From: a virus
Lineage: Duplodnaviria > Caudoviricetes
IMG/VR virus record: IMGVR_UViG_3300029305_003084
Strand: one strand, 5' to 3'
Length of the DNA: 64,000 nt
The notes under the pieces: generated by a model
What the model was told of the DNA's origin: nothing
What the model saw: only the letters and a program-made list of their open reading frames with translations
Databases searched by the model: none
Shown: positions 9,140-20,513 of the stretch, one piece after another
Layout of the letters: every line of letters starts with the position of its first letter
Numbering within the stretch: the first letter of the stretch is position 1
Position numbers and translations under genes: made by a program

Positions 9140-9245
9140 AAGCATTCACTTCCTTTTAATAATAGAAATTTACATTAATGTTTAGTACGGATTAACTTTT
9201 CAAAAAATATATTCATATAGGGAATCAAATGATTCCCTATATGAA

Positions 9246-9458
9246 TTAAAATAATAAATTTTGTATAAAATCAATTACTACTCTAGCACCTTGGAAAGCT
9301 AATACAACCATAACACTACTCGCAATAACTAAATACATAAATAAGTCATCATCCATTTGAGTATCCTGTTGGTTTCTAAATAAATTAGCAATCTTATAAC
9401 CAAGTGTAAATACAATAATTGTTATAATGATAGATCGTATCAAATACTCACCTCCCAT
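9246..9458 (-). CDS. Small two-TM membrane protein
   Basis: Two hydrophobic stretches; abuts sbcC stop. Confidence 0.6.
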   Translation of the reverse strand: MGGEYLIRSIIITIIVFTLGYKIANLFRNQQDTQMDDDLFMYLVIASSVMVVLAFQGARVVIDFIQNLLF

Positions 9459-12100
9459 TATCTTATTTCGATAATGTTGGCATTCGTATAATGTACAGGA
9501 CTAGTACCTGTTAGGATAATATCAACATCGTAATTATCAAACATGTTATTATGTGTGATAAGGAAAACCTGTTCACTATCAATCATTTGCATTTGTTTTT
9601 CTAATATATTTAAAAACATTGCACGATTCTTTGTATCTAATGTAGCATCAATTTCATCTAATAAAAGAATATTATACTTTTTAATAGATTGAGTTATTAG
9701 TGCAAATGATAATGCTAATGATAAGAAACTACGTTCACCTTGCGATGCGTATACAACATCATTAATCCTAATATTATTTTTAATATATGGGATATTAAAT
9801 TCGGTTGATGTGATATCAAAATCATCAATTTCAAAACCACCATCAAATACAATTTCCAATAATTCATTCACATACATTTTTGTATTCTTTAAATATAGTT
9901 GAATGAATAATAATGGAATACCTTTCGTAGAAGATAGTGATTCTTTAATTAAAGCAATTTCTTCAAATTGAGTATTTAATTGATCATGTTCTTTTGATAG
10001 ATTATCAAACTCTTTCATAGTAAACATGAAATTCATAAGATTTTGATTTAATTTATCATATTCCCAATCAATTTCTTTTAACTGATTTACTAATTTTGTT
10101 TTTGATCCAATTAGATCAGATACCTTTGATAACTTAGTATGAATATTTTTAATCTCTACATTGATATCATCATACTCTTTTTCAAATGCTTGTTTATCAT
10201 ATAATAATTCTTCATACCGTTCTAGTTCGATAATCATATTAATGAATCGATTATGGTCATCATTTAAACCATCTATTGTATCTTTTAACTTATGAATTTC
10301 AGTTTCTGTCATATGAATATCATTATGTAATGAATTTTTCTCTTTCATAATAGCATCAATTGTCGACTGATTACTATTCATAAGTTTAATTTCAGCAGAT
10401 AATTCTTTTAATTTAGACTTATTATTAAGATAATCATCATATTCTTCCGAAAGAGAAATCATATCAGTAATGACTCGTTCATCAAACAGTGAAGGAAATC
10501 CACCCTGTATATTTTTTAAAACAATATCCACTTTAAAATATGGAAGATTGCCTTTTTCAATAAGATAATTATTAGATGATATTAAACTAAATATATGAGC
10601 AATGTTTGTATCAATATCCAACATATCATATATTTTATTTTTATCATTCTTTAAGGATTCTAAACTTTTTGATTCCGTATTATCATCTTTTGAAAATAAC
10701 ATATCATATAGAAATAGATACGGGCAGTCATTTGTCACACAATCACTAGGCTTAAATAATACAATACACTCATCATCATTTATTTTATTTTTAAATTGAG
10801 ATGTGATTTTCAAAATTTCTTGATCAATACGTTTAATTTCTTTATTTACATAAGATGTAATATTAACTCCATCCCTAATTAAAGAAATTGTTTTATCAAT
10901 CATTTTATTGTCGAATTCATAAATTTTATTTGCAATAAAATCCATCTCTTTTAGAATACCCAATAATACCATGAGATTATCTTTTGTATAAATTGGAGTA
11001 TTATTTTTAAATAATTTCTCCTGCTCATCTACTTTATCATGAATAATACGATACATTTCCATTACTTGATGATAATCAACAACAGATGTGTACATTTTTT
11101 CTTTATCTTCTACTGCCGATAATTTATTATATAGATCACTCAATTTTTCATTATAGAATGTCAGCATATTATTATTCATAGTAATATCAGCAGATAATCT
11201 AGTACATTCATTTTGTGCTGATTGTATTGTGTGTTCAAGAGTACCAAATATTGTAACACAATATTTATTAACTTCTTTTTCTTTTCGTTTAATTTCCTCC
11301 GAATAATAACTTTTACGTGATTCTAAATCTCTTAGTAAATTATTTATTTTATCAATACCTTCAGGAATAATTAAACCAATTTTTCCTTCAATTGAACCAA
11401 TATCTTGTTGGATAATTGATTTCTTTTCAGATAACATTTTTAACTTAGATTCAGTACTTTCGATATCCTGTTGTAATAAGTCAACATCAACTACATTTAG
11501 CTTTGTTAATTTATCACTAACAGTTCTTATCATACTTCGTAATACTCTGTTATCTTCAGAAATCTTTTTAAATAACTCATTATACACATTAATGTCAGAC
11601 AATAAATCTGATGTAAAATTTTTTCTTTCGGTCGCCTTCATATCAATTAAATTAGACACATTAGAACCTAATCTAAGTAATCTCAGAAAATCTAATTCTA
11701 ATGATAACTCTAATTGAATTGTTTCATTGAATGAACTAACATTACCGTTTGGATTTAATTCAACGCCATTTTTTTGAATAAAAGATTTAACAGTTGTACC
11801 AGTCTTTTTATTTTTATAATGGTGCTGAATTTTATATATAGTATCATTATATTGGATGTGAATTTCTTTAAATCCATCATGTCCGTCCATAATGATATTT
11901 GTATTAGCACGAACATCCATATTCCCCGAATATGCAAATGGATGTAACGTACTTAATATACTTGTCTTACCAGATCCATTAGGCCCAACAAATAAAATAA
12001 TTCTATTTTGTGATTGAGTAAAATCAATCGTTATCTCTCTTTTATTCATTGCTGTGTATATAGTTGCAAAATTTTTTAATTGCAAATATAATATTTTCAA
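9458..12100 (-). CDS. sbcC: SbcC/Rad50-like SMC ATPase
   Basis: Walker A GPNGSGKTS, long coiled coil, Cys hook-like CVTNDCP, signature SQGE, Walker B LLLDEID, LITH. Confidence 0.92.
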   Translation of the reverse strand: MKILYLQLKNFATIYTAMNKREITIDFTQSQNRIILFVGPNGSGKTSILSTLHPFAYSGNMDVRANTNIIMDGHDGFKEIHIQYNDTIYKIQHHYKNKKTGTTVKSFIQKNGVELNPNGNVSSFNETIQLELSLELDFLRLLRLGSNVSNLIDMKATERKNFTSDLLSDINVYNELFKKISEDNRVLRSMIRTVSDKLTKLNVVDVDLLQQDIESTESKLKMLSEKKSIIQQDIGSIEGKIGLIIPEGIDKINNLLRDLESRKSYYSEEIKRKEKEVNKYCVTIFGTLEHTIQSAQNECTRLSADITMNNNMLTFYNEKLSDLYNKLSAVEDKEKMYTSVVDYHQVMEMYRIIHDKVDEQEKLFKNNTPIYTKDNLMVLLGILKEMDFIANKIYEFDNKMIDKTISLIRDGVNITSYVNKEIKRIDQEILKITSQFKNKINDDECIVLFKPSDCVTNDCPYLFLYDMLFSKDDNTESKSLESLKNDKNKIYDMLDIDTNIAHIFSLISSNNYLIEKGNLPYFKVDIVLKNIQGGFPSLFDERVITDMISLSEEYDDYLNNKSKLKELSAEIKLMNSNQSTIDAIMKEKNSLHNDIHMTETEIHKLKDTIDGLNDDHNRFINMIIELERYEELLYDKQAFEKEYDDINVEIKNIHTKLSKVSDLIGSKTKLVNQLKEIDWEYDKLNQNLMNFMFTMKEFDNLSKEHDQLNTQFEEIALIKESLSSTKGIPLLFIQLYLKNTKMYVNELLEIVFDGGFEIDDFDITSTEFNIPYIKNNIRINDVVYASQGERSFLSLALSFALITQSIKKYNILLLDEIDATLDTKNRAMFLNILEKQMQMIDSEQVFLITHNNMFDNYDVDIILTGTSPVHYTNANIIEIR

Positions 12101-12118
12101 GGTTCTCCAACCCTTTCT

Positions 12119-12781
12119 TTAATGTAAATCATCGCTGTTTATAACAATAGGGCCAGGTAAAGGATTAATATTATCTAATCCTGCATCATACACCTTAACC
12201 TCAAATTTCAAACCTAAAATCTCACACCATCTTAAGAAATTAGGAACAGTCATTTTTGTAGGTTTCGTTAAAGCAGATTTCATGTTATTTAAACTATACT
12301 CATTACCAAATCTGCTTTTATAATTTTTTAAGTTAATATCTTTATCGATGATTGCTTTCTTAATGATATATTTTAAGAAGTCATCATCTTCAGTTATCAT
12401 AGGTTTATAACTACTGGAATTATTATTAATGATTTCAATATCATCTAAATCAATAAATGCAGTTTTAGCAGATTCAATTGATTCAAAGATACTATCAGTA
12501 CTTAATTCATTGATGTTATCTACACTGTATTTTTCTTTATATTTCTTTTTAGGTTCTTCAAATACATACTCACCATTGATTTTATAAATACCTGGTAAAG
12601 TAATATCATCTTTTGATTTTACTTTACCACGATATACATATACATAATCATCAATGATATATGCAACATTTTTCTTTAATGATTTATTTTCATAGAATAC
12701 ATCTACATTGTAATAATCATCATCAATAATAATTACAGGCTGTGTCCCAATAAATACATTACATTTCATGATAGTTGCCAC
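12119..12781 (-). CDS. Hypothetical protein (220 aa)
   Basis: ORF, early promoter at about 12803. Confidence 0.75.
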   Translation of the reverse strand: MATIMKCNVFIGTQPVIIIDDDYYNVDVFYENKSLKKNVAYIIDDYVYVYRGKVKSKDDITLPGIYKINGEYVFEEPKKKYKEKYSVDNINELSTDSIFESIESAKTAFIDLDDIEIINNNSSSYKPMITEDDDFLKYIIKKAIIDKDINLKNYKSRFGNEYSLNNMKSALTKPTKMTVPNFLRWCEILGLKFEVKVYDAGLDNINPLPGPIVINSDDLH

Positions 12782-12820
12782 CCTTCTATTATTGTCAATA
12801 ATATAATATATAATTCAAAT

Positions 12821-13549
12821 TCAGTTTGGTAATCCACTCATAATGTCTTCTGTTTCTTTAGAAAAATTAGCAGTTACTGTTTCAGGTTCTTTATTATCCC
12901 AAACAAATTTATTTCGTCTGTAACTATTAGTTATAGATTGATTATTATTTAAGATTTCATCTTTATAATACGACACATAATAATTTAATAATAATTGAGA
13001 ATATTGATATAAATCAATCTTCTCTAATGTATATAATACAGTTTCTAATTCTGTAAATGTTAACGGAATAACATTTGATGTTTTATTAATAAATAAATTA
13101 ACACCCTCATATGATGTTTCATTTTCATCATATATTATAGCAGGTATTCCGATAATAGCACTATTCGTTCCTAATTGTAATAGTTCTTTAGCTTCATCTG
13201 CAACATCTTGGTGAAGTATAAGTTCATCGCCTTTTACGACAAATAAATCTTTTTTATACATGTTTTTAACCAATCGTCTAAAGAACATAATAACTTGAAA
13301 TATTGAATGTTGATTTATGAGTAATGATTTGGTTTTATCGAATCCAAAATCATTATTTTTATCTACAACATCAATTGATATGAATGCTGCACAATTCACA
13401 TACACATATCTATCTTTACCATATTCGGTTTCATTATGAAACTGAAATGTAAATTTTCCATTGTCTGCTTTTAATTTAACATGTAATTTTAATGTCATTG
13501 TTTTAAATGTTAATAAAGTTCTAGTGATTTTAATAGGTGGATTCCCCAT
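12821..13549 (-). CDS. Hypothetical protein (242 aa)
   Basis: ORF with GAAAGGTGG RBS. Confidence 0.75.
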   Translation of the reverse strand: MGNPPIKITRTLLTFKTMTLKLHVKLKADNGKFTFQFHNETEYGKDRYVYVNCAAFISIDVVDKNNDFGFDKTKSLLINQHSIFQVIMFFRRLVKNMYKKDLFVVKGDELILHQDVADEAKELLQLGTNSAIIGIPAIIYDENETSYEGVNLFINKTSNVIPLTFTELETVLYTLEKIDLYQYSQLLLNYYVSYYKDEILNNNQSITNSYRRNKFVWDNKEPETVTANFSKETEDIMSGLPN

Positions 13550-13660
13550 TATAAATTACCACCTTTCGTAATATTATACATACGTTTTCGACTATATAAT
13601 TTTCTACTTTAAAAAAATATTTGGGTATATGGATCATAATAAATCCATATACCCAAATCA

Positions 13661-14283
13661 TTAATCGATTATTTTAATTTCATCAGTATCTAAATTAATT
13701 TCGATATAATATAATCCTTCTCGATATCTTTTGATCGTATCCATAGTAATACTATGTTTTGAATCATTAATATCTAAAAGATAATCATAATACTCTTTGG
13801 AATTATCCAATGGAGATGTAATATTTAAACATTCATCATCCATTAACAAATTGGTTTCAATGTCTTTATCAAAATTATATTTGAATTCTTCTGGTTCATG
13901 AGCATCATTAAAATATAATCCATGTGTTTTACAAAATGGTGTTGCTAATGATGATGTACCAGGATCTGAGGTTCCGCAGACATTAAGATCAATACGTCCA
14001 ATATAAGATGGATGAATAGATCTATATTTGGCACTGATATTATTGTCGTTCTTATTTCCTAAGCTATTCGGACCTTTAGATGTTAACTTTAACTTTAAGA
14101 AGAAATCCATGTCGTTAACCCGGTCATCGAAGCGCAACAAGCCGCTCGAGTGTAATTGAGATAAAATAATATCACCATTGAATTTAAATATCTCTTTTAC
14201 ATTTTTCATAGTGGCTTTATTACCCATTGCAATGATACGATTGACCCTCTCTGAAAAGATTTTAGTTAATAAAGACGCAATAT
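13661..14283 (-). CDS. rpoB: RNA polymerase beta-like subunit (N-terminal half), exon 2
   Basis: GPNSLG...YRSIHPSYIGRIDLNVCGTSDPG matches RpoB GPGGL...RDVHPTHYGRICPIETPEG; splicing yields LRCNE-Y-IASLL. Confidence 0.88.
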
Positions 14284-15703
14284 CATTTATGTTCACATAA
14301 GGTCGTTAATCTTATGCAGTTCTCTTATGAACTTCTCTATATTTCTATAGAGATCAGACTATATCTTAACTATTTAAAATAGCAATACCCGTTTCGAGCT
14401 CACTTAAGCCCTACTTCCTTTCGGAATAGTCGTTGAACCTTCACCTATTTATTAATTTTTTAATATTTATCAAAATTATACTTCATAGAAATATTCTTCC
14501 AAACTTTATGATTGCGTAATGAATAACACATAGTTTTAAAAGTAGATTGTTCATTTTTATTTATCAAATTATAATAATCATATAATTCCGATACTTTAAC
14601 ACCGTTACTCATAGATTTACAAATAAATTCTATATCTTCAGGCTTCCATTTAGTTGTTATATAATTACTAAAATCATACGTATTTGATAAGTGAGACCAT
14701 AGCTTTTTATTACGTATTTTAGCACACATGCCTCTAAATGCTAAGAAATCATTTTCAGAAACATTTAAATCTTTAGCTATATCACGAACATGTATTCCTT
14801 TGGACATCTGTTCACATATGTAAATTATTTGATCATCTGTCCATCTTGAAATATTGTGATGTCTTAAACTTTTTATAACATTGTCCTTTGCATTTAATAA
14901 TCGTAAATTAGATTTATGGTTATCTAATTTATTATTGTTAATATGATCAATGTGCATACCATCAATTAGTTTTCCAATATAAGTTTCATATACTAATTGA
15001 TGAACTAATCTATCTAAATAAACACCATCATCATTAGTTAAAGATAGTCTTAAATATCCAACTTTATTAAAACTTTTCTTTAAAAAAGCTTTCATTTTAG
15101 TACTATATATCATACCATCTTCACTAATATAATAATTTGTAAAATTTGGTATTGGTCTAAATACTTTATCTAGAATAGTAATATGGTCATCATGTTTAAT
15201 TATATATTTTTGATCAAATATATAATTTAATTGCCGATATCCCGTAAGGGTTTTCTTATATTTTACAGGTAAATCTATAATACCAACAAATATTGATAAT
15301 GTTAATTTAATTAAATCAACAACTACAAATTTTTGTAAATTATCAGAAAATAAATTTACAGTATTATTATCATAATCGATATCTATAAAATCTCCAGTAT
15401 TAAATTTTCCGATATTTTTTCTTACTTGTATAAACCCATTTGGATATATGATATAGTTAGTAAATCCTGGAATTATATTATATTTTACATTATTTTTTAA
15501 TTCCAATGAATCATTCCTCTCATATGGTATATCATATAATTAATAAATATTATAATAGGTGATTGGCTGCGGATTATCCAATTTCAATAATTTTTACTAT
15601 ACCTATGATAGTTACTCATAGCCACTTATATATTACTATATAAATTTAGTATATTGAACTCTAAGGATTTTCCCGCAATTAAAGTATTAAGAGCTAATTG
15701 CTA
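14284..15703 (-). mobile_element. Group I intron with HNH homing endonuclease
   Basis: 5' site GAGT| paired by IGS GCTC; GCAAT/ATTGC P10; AATTGCGGGAAA, AATCCGCAGC, GTTCAACGACTA, AAGATATAGTCT; ends ...TGAACATAAATG. Confidence 0.92.
14460..15506 (-). CDS. Intron-encoded HNH homing endonuclease
   Basis: Two NUMOD4-like segments (IPGFTNYII, IPNFTNYYISEDG), VHQLVYETY...HIDHINNNKLDNHKSNL, two C-terminal W...I..IC..MS.G repeats. Confidence 0.88.
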   Translation of the reverse strand: MELKNNVKYNIIPGFTNYIIYPNGFIQVRKNIGKFNTGDFIDIDYDNNTVNLFSDNLQKFVVVDLIKLTLSIFVGIIDLPVKYKKTLTGYRQLNYIFDQKYIIKHDDHITILDKVFRPIPNFTNYYISEDGMIYSTKMKAFLKKSFNKVGYLRLSLTNDDGVYLDRLVHQLVYETYIGKLIDGMHIDHINNNKLDNHKSNLRLLNAKDNVIKSLRHHNISRWTDDQIIYICEQMSKGIHVRDIAKDLNVSENDFLAFRGMCAKIRNKKLWSHLSNTYDFSNYITTKWKPEDIEFICKSMSNGVKVSELYDYYNLINKNEQSTFKTMCYSLRNHKVWKNISMKYNFDKY

Positions 15704-16769
15704 ACTCATTGCATCGTAATCGTTTATTACCTAAATCTAAATTATCTTTTCTTCTTAATGGCTCAAAATTTTGTACTAACCATCTAATAATAGAATATAT
15801 GCTCTTAGTATGAATTGGGTGTAATTTTAAAATTCTTTTTGTCGTATCATCAATAATACGATTAAAGAATGTCATTGTTTTTTGACCTTTATCATACTGT
15901 GAATTCTTATTAGATGTACCGATAGCACCAATTGTTTCAATCCAATAATGTTTATTAAATAAATCATCAATACTAACTCGGTTAGACATGATTTTTAAAA
16001 TCATAAACGTTACAGATTTAACATATGTGTACTTCATAAAGAATTCTCTATTTACTTCAATAAATAATTTAGAATGAATTTGGAAGTAAATATACTTCTT
16101 ATTATCAATTACTTCTGAAGTAAAATTCATAATTTTATCCATGGAGAAATACTGTAATGCCCAAACAATTCCTCCATTTGCTAGATAAAATAACATAATA
16201 TCCATATCTTTTCTAAAGATATTAATGGTATATGTTGGTGCCATAAATGCTTCACCAGATGTAGAAACTGATGTATATTTCTGCATTTTAATAATAACTG
16301 GCATCATACTTTTAAGAATTAAACTACTTTTTGTAGTATAAGTGGAGTTATCGACAATTTGCCATAACAGAAAATATTTATTTCCTTTTACTGTATAATA
16401 TCCATCGTCATCTGGAATTGGGATTAGAATTTTCTTAGTGATAGTTTCTTCCTCATCACCACATTTTAAATCAAATGTTAATCTCAATTCAGCATTTCGA
16501 TTATCATACATATACATGTATTTTGTTGATTTCGATTCTTTTTTTCCTCTTGCACGTTGGTCAATATATTCTGATGTATTAATGTCAGCTTCATTGGTAA
16601 TTAGTTCATATCCTTTGAATTTGATATATTCTAATACCTCTAATGATTTACAACAATCGATAATATAATCAACTAATTGACCATCTTCTATTCGATTAAT
16701 TAAATCAAAATTTATTTGATCTTCATTTGGGTTATTATATGCTTGTAAGAATTTTCTCATGTTGTACAT
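15704..16769 (-). CDS. rpoB: RNA polymerase beta-like subunit (N-terminal half), exon 1
   Basis: ILIPIPDDDGYYTVKGNKY matches RpoB IPLMTDNGTFVING; DNLDLGNKRLRCNE matches DIDHLGNRRIR. Confidence 0.88.
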
Positions 16770-16885
16770 AACCCTCCATATTTAAATAAATTAATTTAAA
16801 AAAATACAACCTGAGACTATATTAATCTCAGGTTGTATTTTAAATTGCAACAAAATCTCAATCAGATACGTATTAACCGATGAAA

Positions 16886-17044
16886 TTAATCATCTTGGTC
16901 ATCTTCTAATTCGATATCTAGTGCAACACATGTAGAAATTTCTAATTGTTCTTCAAGAACTTTAAATAGATCTCTCTTAAGTGCTTTAATGTCACTATCA
17001 TCGAGTTTTGCAGATAATTGTATAGTATACCATTTCTTAGACAT
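16886..17044 (-). CDS. Small hypothetical protein (52 aa, MSKKWYTIQL...)
   Basis: Manual translation; starts right after 17046 gene stop; terminator 16800-16843. Confidence 0.55.
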   Translation of the reverse strand: MSKKWYTIQLSAKLDDSDIKALKRDLFKVLEEQLEISTCVALDIELEDDQDD

Positions 17045-17045
17045 A

Positions 17046-17429
17046 TTAGTCTTCATCTTCAGTTAGTTCATCAGACTTAATAATAGTCTTCAGAATAGTA
17101 CCGGGCTGAAGGAAGGGAGTGAAATTACCACCCTTTTCACTATCGTCAGGAGACTCACGATAAGTGATACCCATTTCAATTAAGTTCATTAGATTAACAA
17201 CTCTGTCAGAGTCCTTGTCTCTATTCTGTTCAAGGAACTTTGCAGCAGAGTAAATGAACTCATATACAATAGTGGGGATTGCCTTTGCTAGGCTAATCTT
17301 AATAGAATGCTCTTTTTCTAGAATTGCCTGACAGTCATTTGCAATTCTTTCGAGGTCTGCCTTTTCCTGTGCAGTACCATTGAACTCAATTAACTTTGCA
17401 TTTTCTGATGCCATTTTAATTACCTCCAT
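17046..17429 (-). CDS. Hypothetical acidic protein, probably highly expressed
   Basis: GGAGG RBS, both promoter types upstream, biased codon usage. Confidence 0.75.
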   Translation of the reverse strand: MEVIKMASENAKLIEFNGTAQEKADLERIANDCQAILEKEHSIKISLAKAIPTIVYEFIYSAAKFLEQNRDKDSDRVVNLMNLIEMGITYRESPDDSEKGGNFTPFLQPGTILKTIIKSDELTEDED

Positions 17430-17561
17430 TAATGTTTAAATATAAGTGGAACTTACTTTTATGTTAACAGAGAAATAACTTTTTATTTTTCCCTGTCACA
17501 TACTACTATAATATATACTTGAAATTTCTTTTAATTTTTTCTATAGATAATTGTATATTGA

Positions 17562-17741
17562 TCACCATATTGTCATAAATATGAATATCATAATTATTAA
17601 TGTTGATACTGTTAAAGTTGCAATAGTACCTGCTTCTGAATCTGACATACTTCTACCATTTAATTTAAATAAAAATCTAATCATACTTATAATGTATATT
17701 AATGATATTATCACTTCACTAATAAGTATACCATATCGCAT
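17562..17741 (-). CDS. Small membrane protein (59 aa)
   Basis: Manual translation MRYGILISEVIISLIYII...; RBS AAGAGG. Confidence 0.5.
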   Translation of the reverse strand: MRYGILISEVIISLIYIISMIRFLFKLNGRSMSDSEAGTIATLTVSTLIIMIFIFMTIW

Positions 17742-17766
17742 TATTGTATACCTCTTTTTATAGTTA

Positions 17767-17991
17767 TCATATAGTATTGATAATTGTTAATACCAAAAGC
17801 ATTAAAACTGCGTTAATGTTCAGTTTACGTAAACCGATTGATTTTGGATCATTACCATTATCACCGATTATACCATTATAAAATATTATGAAAATATATA
17901 AAATATCAAATAGTACTACATATAAACAATATCCACCAACCCATAAGTTAAATATACATATACATAATTCAAATATTACTTCATTTATCAT
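17767..17991 (-). CDS. Small membrane protein (74 aa)
   Basis: Hydrophobic ORF, AAAGG RBS. Confidence 0.55.
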   Translation of the reverse strand: MINEVIFELCICIFNLWVGGYCLYVVLFDILYIFIIFYNGIIGDNGNDPKSIGLRKLNINAVLMLLVLTIINTI

Positions 17992-18020
17992 AATATGAAC
18001 CTTTTTTCATAATATCATAA

Positions 18021-18182
18021 TTAAATAAGAAATGCTGATAACAATATTAGTATTGAAATAAGGATAATTCTAAGTACTGTAATTAGCTGTAGCGATTCAC
18101 AAAAATTGGTAGTATTTATTGTATATAAAAGATATACAAATGCAAATATAAATAAGCATAATCCAATTAATTCAAATATCAT
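18021..18182 (-). CDS. Small membrane protein (about 53 aa, MIFELIGLCLF...)
   Basis: Manual translation; RBS GGGGGAG. Confidence 0.5.
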   Translation of the reverse strand: MIFELIGLCLFIFAFVYLLYTINTTNFCESLQLITVLRIILISILILLSAFLI

Positions 18183-18197
18183 GATATAACTCCCCCT

Positions 18198-18314
18198 TTA
18201 TAATATCATAATTAAATAAGAAATGATGTCAAAAATATCATATAATGATATTCCGACATATAAAGATCCAAATACAACCCCATAAAAAGTAAATATTAAT
18301 TCAAGTATTATCAT
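18198..18314 (-). CDS. Small membrane protein (38 aa, MIILELIFTFYG...)
   Basis: Manual translation; RBS GAAGG. Confidence 0.45.
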   Translation of the reverse strand: MIILELIFTFYGVVFGSLYVGISLYDIFDIISYLIMIL

Positions 18315-18328
18315 AATAACCTTCGTTT

Positions 18329-20413
18329 TTATTTATACTTAAAATATTTATATGCTTCTTCTAATGTGAGAATCATCTTATTATCTTTCTTTGCTTTATC
18401 AATCTTATCTGTTGATTTATTCTTATTCTCACAAATAACAATATCGATATCTTTTGTATATGATTTACACACTTCAATTTCAATAGATTTTAAATATTTT
18501 TCAAAATCTTTATCTCTTACCTGTGTGAATAATACTTTCATTTTATATACAGTACCGTCATGTTTAACATTTAATTCTTTCATTAAGAATCGTATTAACT
18601 TAACATTTGAAAGAATGCCAACTACAACTTTATTCGCAGTTGTTTCTTTGATTCCTTCAATTTCAATTAATTTATGTCCTTTATTTTTCTCACATAATGT
18701 AATTAATTCATCAATCGTATAATTATTTAAAATCTTTTTAAACATTCTCTGACCAATATCAGGAATACCTAAAGATCCTAACAAAACATAATCAAACACA
18801 TCTTTTCGTTTATTAATTCCTTTGATGATGTTATTATATTTTTTAGTACCGAATCCATCTAAGTTTACAATTCTAGTTTTATAATAATCTAGATGATATA
18901 AATCTTCGATAGACTTCAGGATTCCTTGTTTAAATAATTCACTAATAATGCCGATTGAAATATTTTCAATATTCATTTTAGTGACATAATTGACTAATTT
19001 ACCAACTACTCTACTAGGACATTCGGGATTGACACATCTTAAAATTGGCTCATTCCATAATTTCTCTCCACAATATTCACAATGAGTTGGTGTAATAATA
19101 GGTTCACCATCACCCTTTATACATGTATCATCTACATATAAATATGGTACGATATTGTATCGAATCAATACTTCATCACCTTTATTCAGATGTAAAGATT
19201 CGCATCGATCGATAGATCCCAATGACACATTATTAATTGTGTTACCTTCCATTTTAATTGGTTCAATTTTTGCTACTGGTGTAATACCACCTAATACACC
19301 AATAGAGAATTCAACATCAATCAATTTGGCTTTCTTAGAATCAGGCACTAATTTATATGCAACTTCATATTTATTAATTGCATCATCTCGACCTAATTCT
19401 TTTCTTAAATTTGTATCATCTAATACTAATACCACACCATCAATTGGACAATCCATCATAGTTCGCATATATTCTTTCATATCAATAATGGATTGCTTTA
19501 TATTATCATAATCTTTTAAATTAACTGATATAACAGGATAATCAATAAATGGTTTCCCTGGAATAACAATTTCTTTTGTATCATAATTTTGGATTCTTAA
19601 TGGAATAATCGATACATATTTTAATACGTTTGTATTAATACCATCCGTATTTACAATAGAACTAATTGCACTTCTTGGAGATTTGAAATCACCATATTTT
19701 TTACAGAACTTTTCAAAATTGTTATATGTCATAATAACTTCAGTCTTTATACCAAAATTAGAATCCCAGTTAGGATATGTGGGGAATTTAATTGCACCAA
19801 AAATGTGATTCAATACAACTGCCTCATTTATTTTTGTATCTCCTCTACTGAGTGCATTAATCACATTACCATTTTTATCTACTTCAAAAATTACGGAAAC
19901 TCCATCGAATTTAGGATACATTTTTGCATTCAATTCAGATTCCAATAATTCTCTACCTAATTTATTTTCTAACCCATTAACCCATTCTTCTAAACTTTTT
20001 CTTTTATCATTTCCTTTTTCTTTTCTACTAAGAAAATGAATTTTATCTAAAGTTCCTCTTAAATCAGGATAATTATGGTTTGCAATTTTTACATCATGCT
20101 TAATGACTGGTGCACCAACAATATCTTTATTTAATGTATACATAATATACATTTCATATAAGATATCATAATCTTCATCAGTCACAGGAGATTCTACACC
20201 AGAATTATTATAAAGATTTTGTAATATCTTGATGATCGTTCCCATAATTACGATATCTTCTTCCATAATAGGGCCTTCATGATGCTTATACATATTAATG
20301 ATGTTATTAATCTTAATCGTACCTAATGTAGTAGATAATTCTTCAAATTTATTTATTTGTAAACTCATTTCATAGATAGCTGTTAAAGTTGCTATCAATT
20401 TAGTTTTATCCAT
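18329..20413 (-). CDS. ligA: NAD-dependent DNA ligase
   Basis: SPVTDEDYD, KFDG, SRGD, IDGVV, AYK, GGITPVA, Zn finger CEYCG...CVNPEC, HhH, BRCT-like tail. Confidence 0.95.
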   Translation of the reverse strand: MDKTKLIATLTAIYEMSLQINKFEELSTTLGTIKINNIINMYKHHEGPIMEEDIVIMGTIIKILQNLYNNSGVESPVTDEDYDILYEMYIMYTLNKDIVGAPVIKHDVKIANHNYPDLRGTLDKIHFLSRKEKGNDKRKSLEEWVNGLENKLGRELLESELNAKMYPKFDGVSVIFEVDKNGNVINALSRGDTKINEAVVLNHIFGAIKFPTYPNWDSNFGIKTEVIMTYNNFEKFCKKYGDFKSPRSAISSIVNTDGINTNVLKYVSIIPLRIQNYDTKEIVIPGKPFIDYPVISVNLKDYDNIKQSIIDMKEYMRTMMDCPIDGVVLVLDDTNLRKELGRDDAINKYEVAYKLVPDSKKAKLIDVEFSIGVLGGITPVAKIEPIKMEGNTINNVSLGSIDRCESLHLNKGDEVLIRYNIVPYLYVDDTCIKGDGEPIITPTHCEYCGEKLWNEPILRCVNPECPSRVVGKLVNYVTKMNIENISIGIISELFKQGILKSIEDLYHLDYYKTRIVNLDGFGTKKYNNIIKGINKRKDVFDYVLLGSLGIPDIGQRMFKKILNNYTIDELITLCEKNKGHKLIEIEGIKETTANKVVVGILSNVKLIRFLMKELNVKHDGTVYKMKVLFTQVRDKDFEKYLKSIEIEVCKSYTKDIDIVICENKNKSTDKIDKAKKDNKMILTLEEAYKYFKYK

Positions 20414-20513
20414 AAAAAATCATTCCTTTCTTTTTATACTATTATAATATATAATTCAAATAATTTTTATATTTTTAGAAAAAAAATAAAGGGGAAATAA
20501 ATCCCCTCTATTT

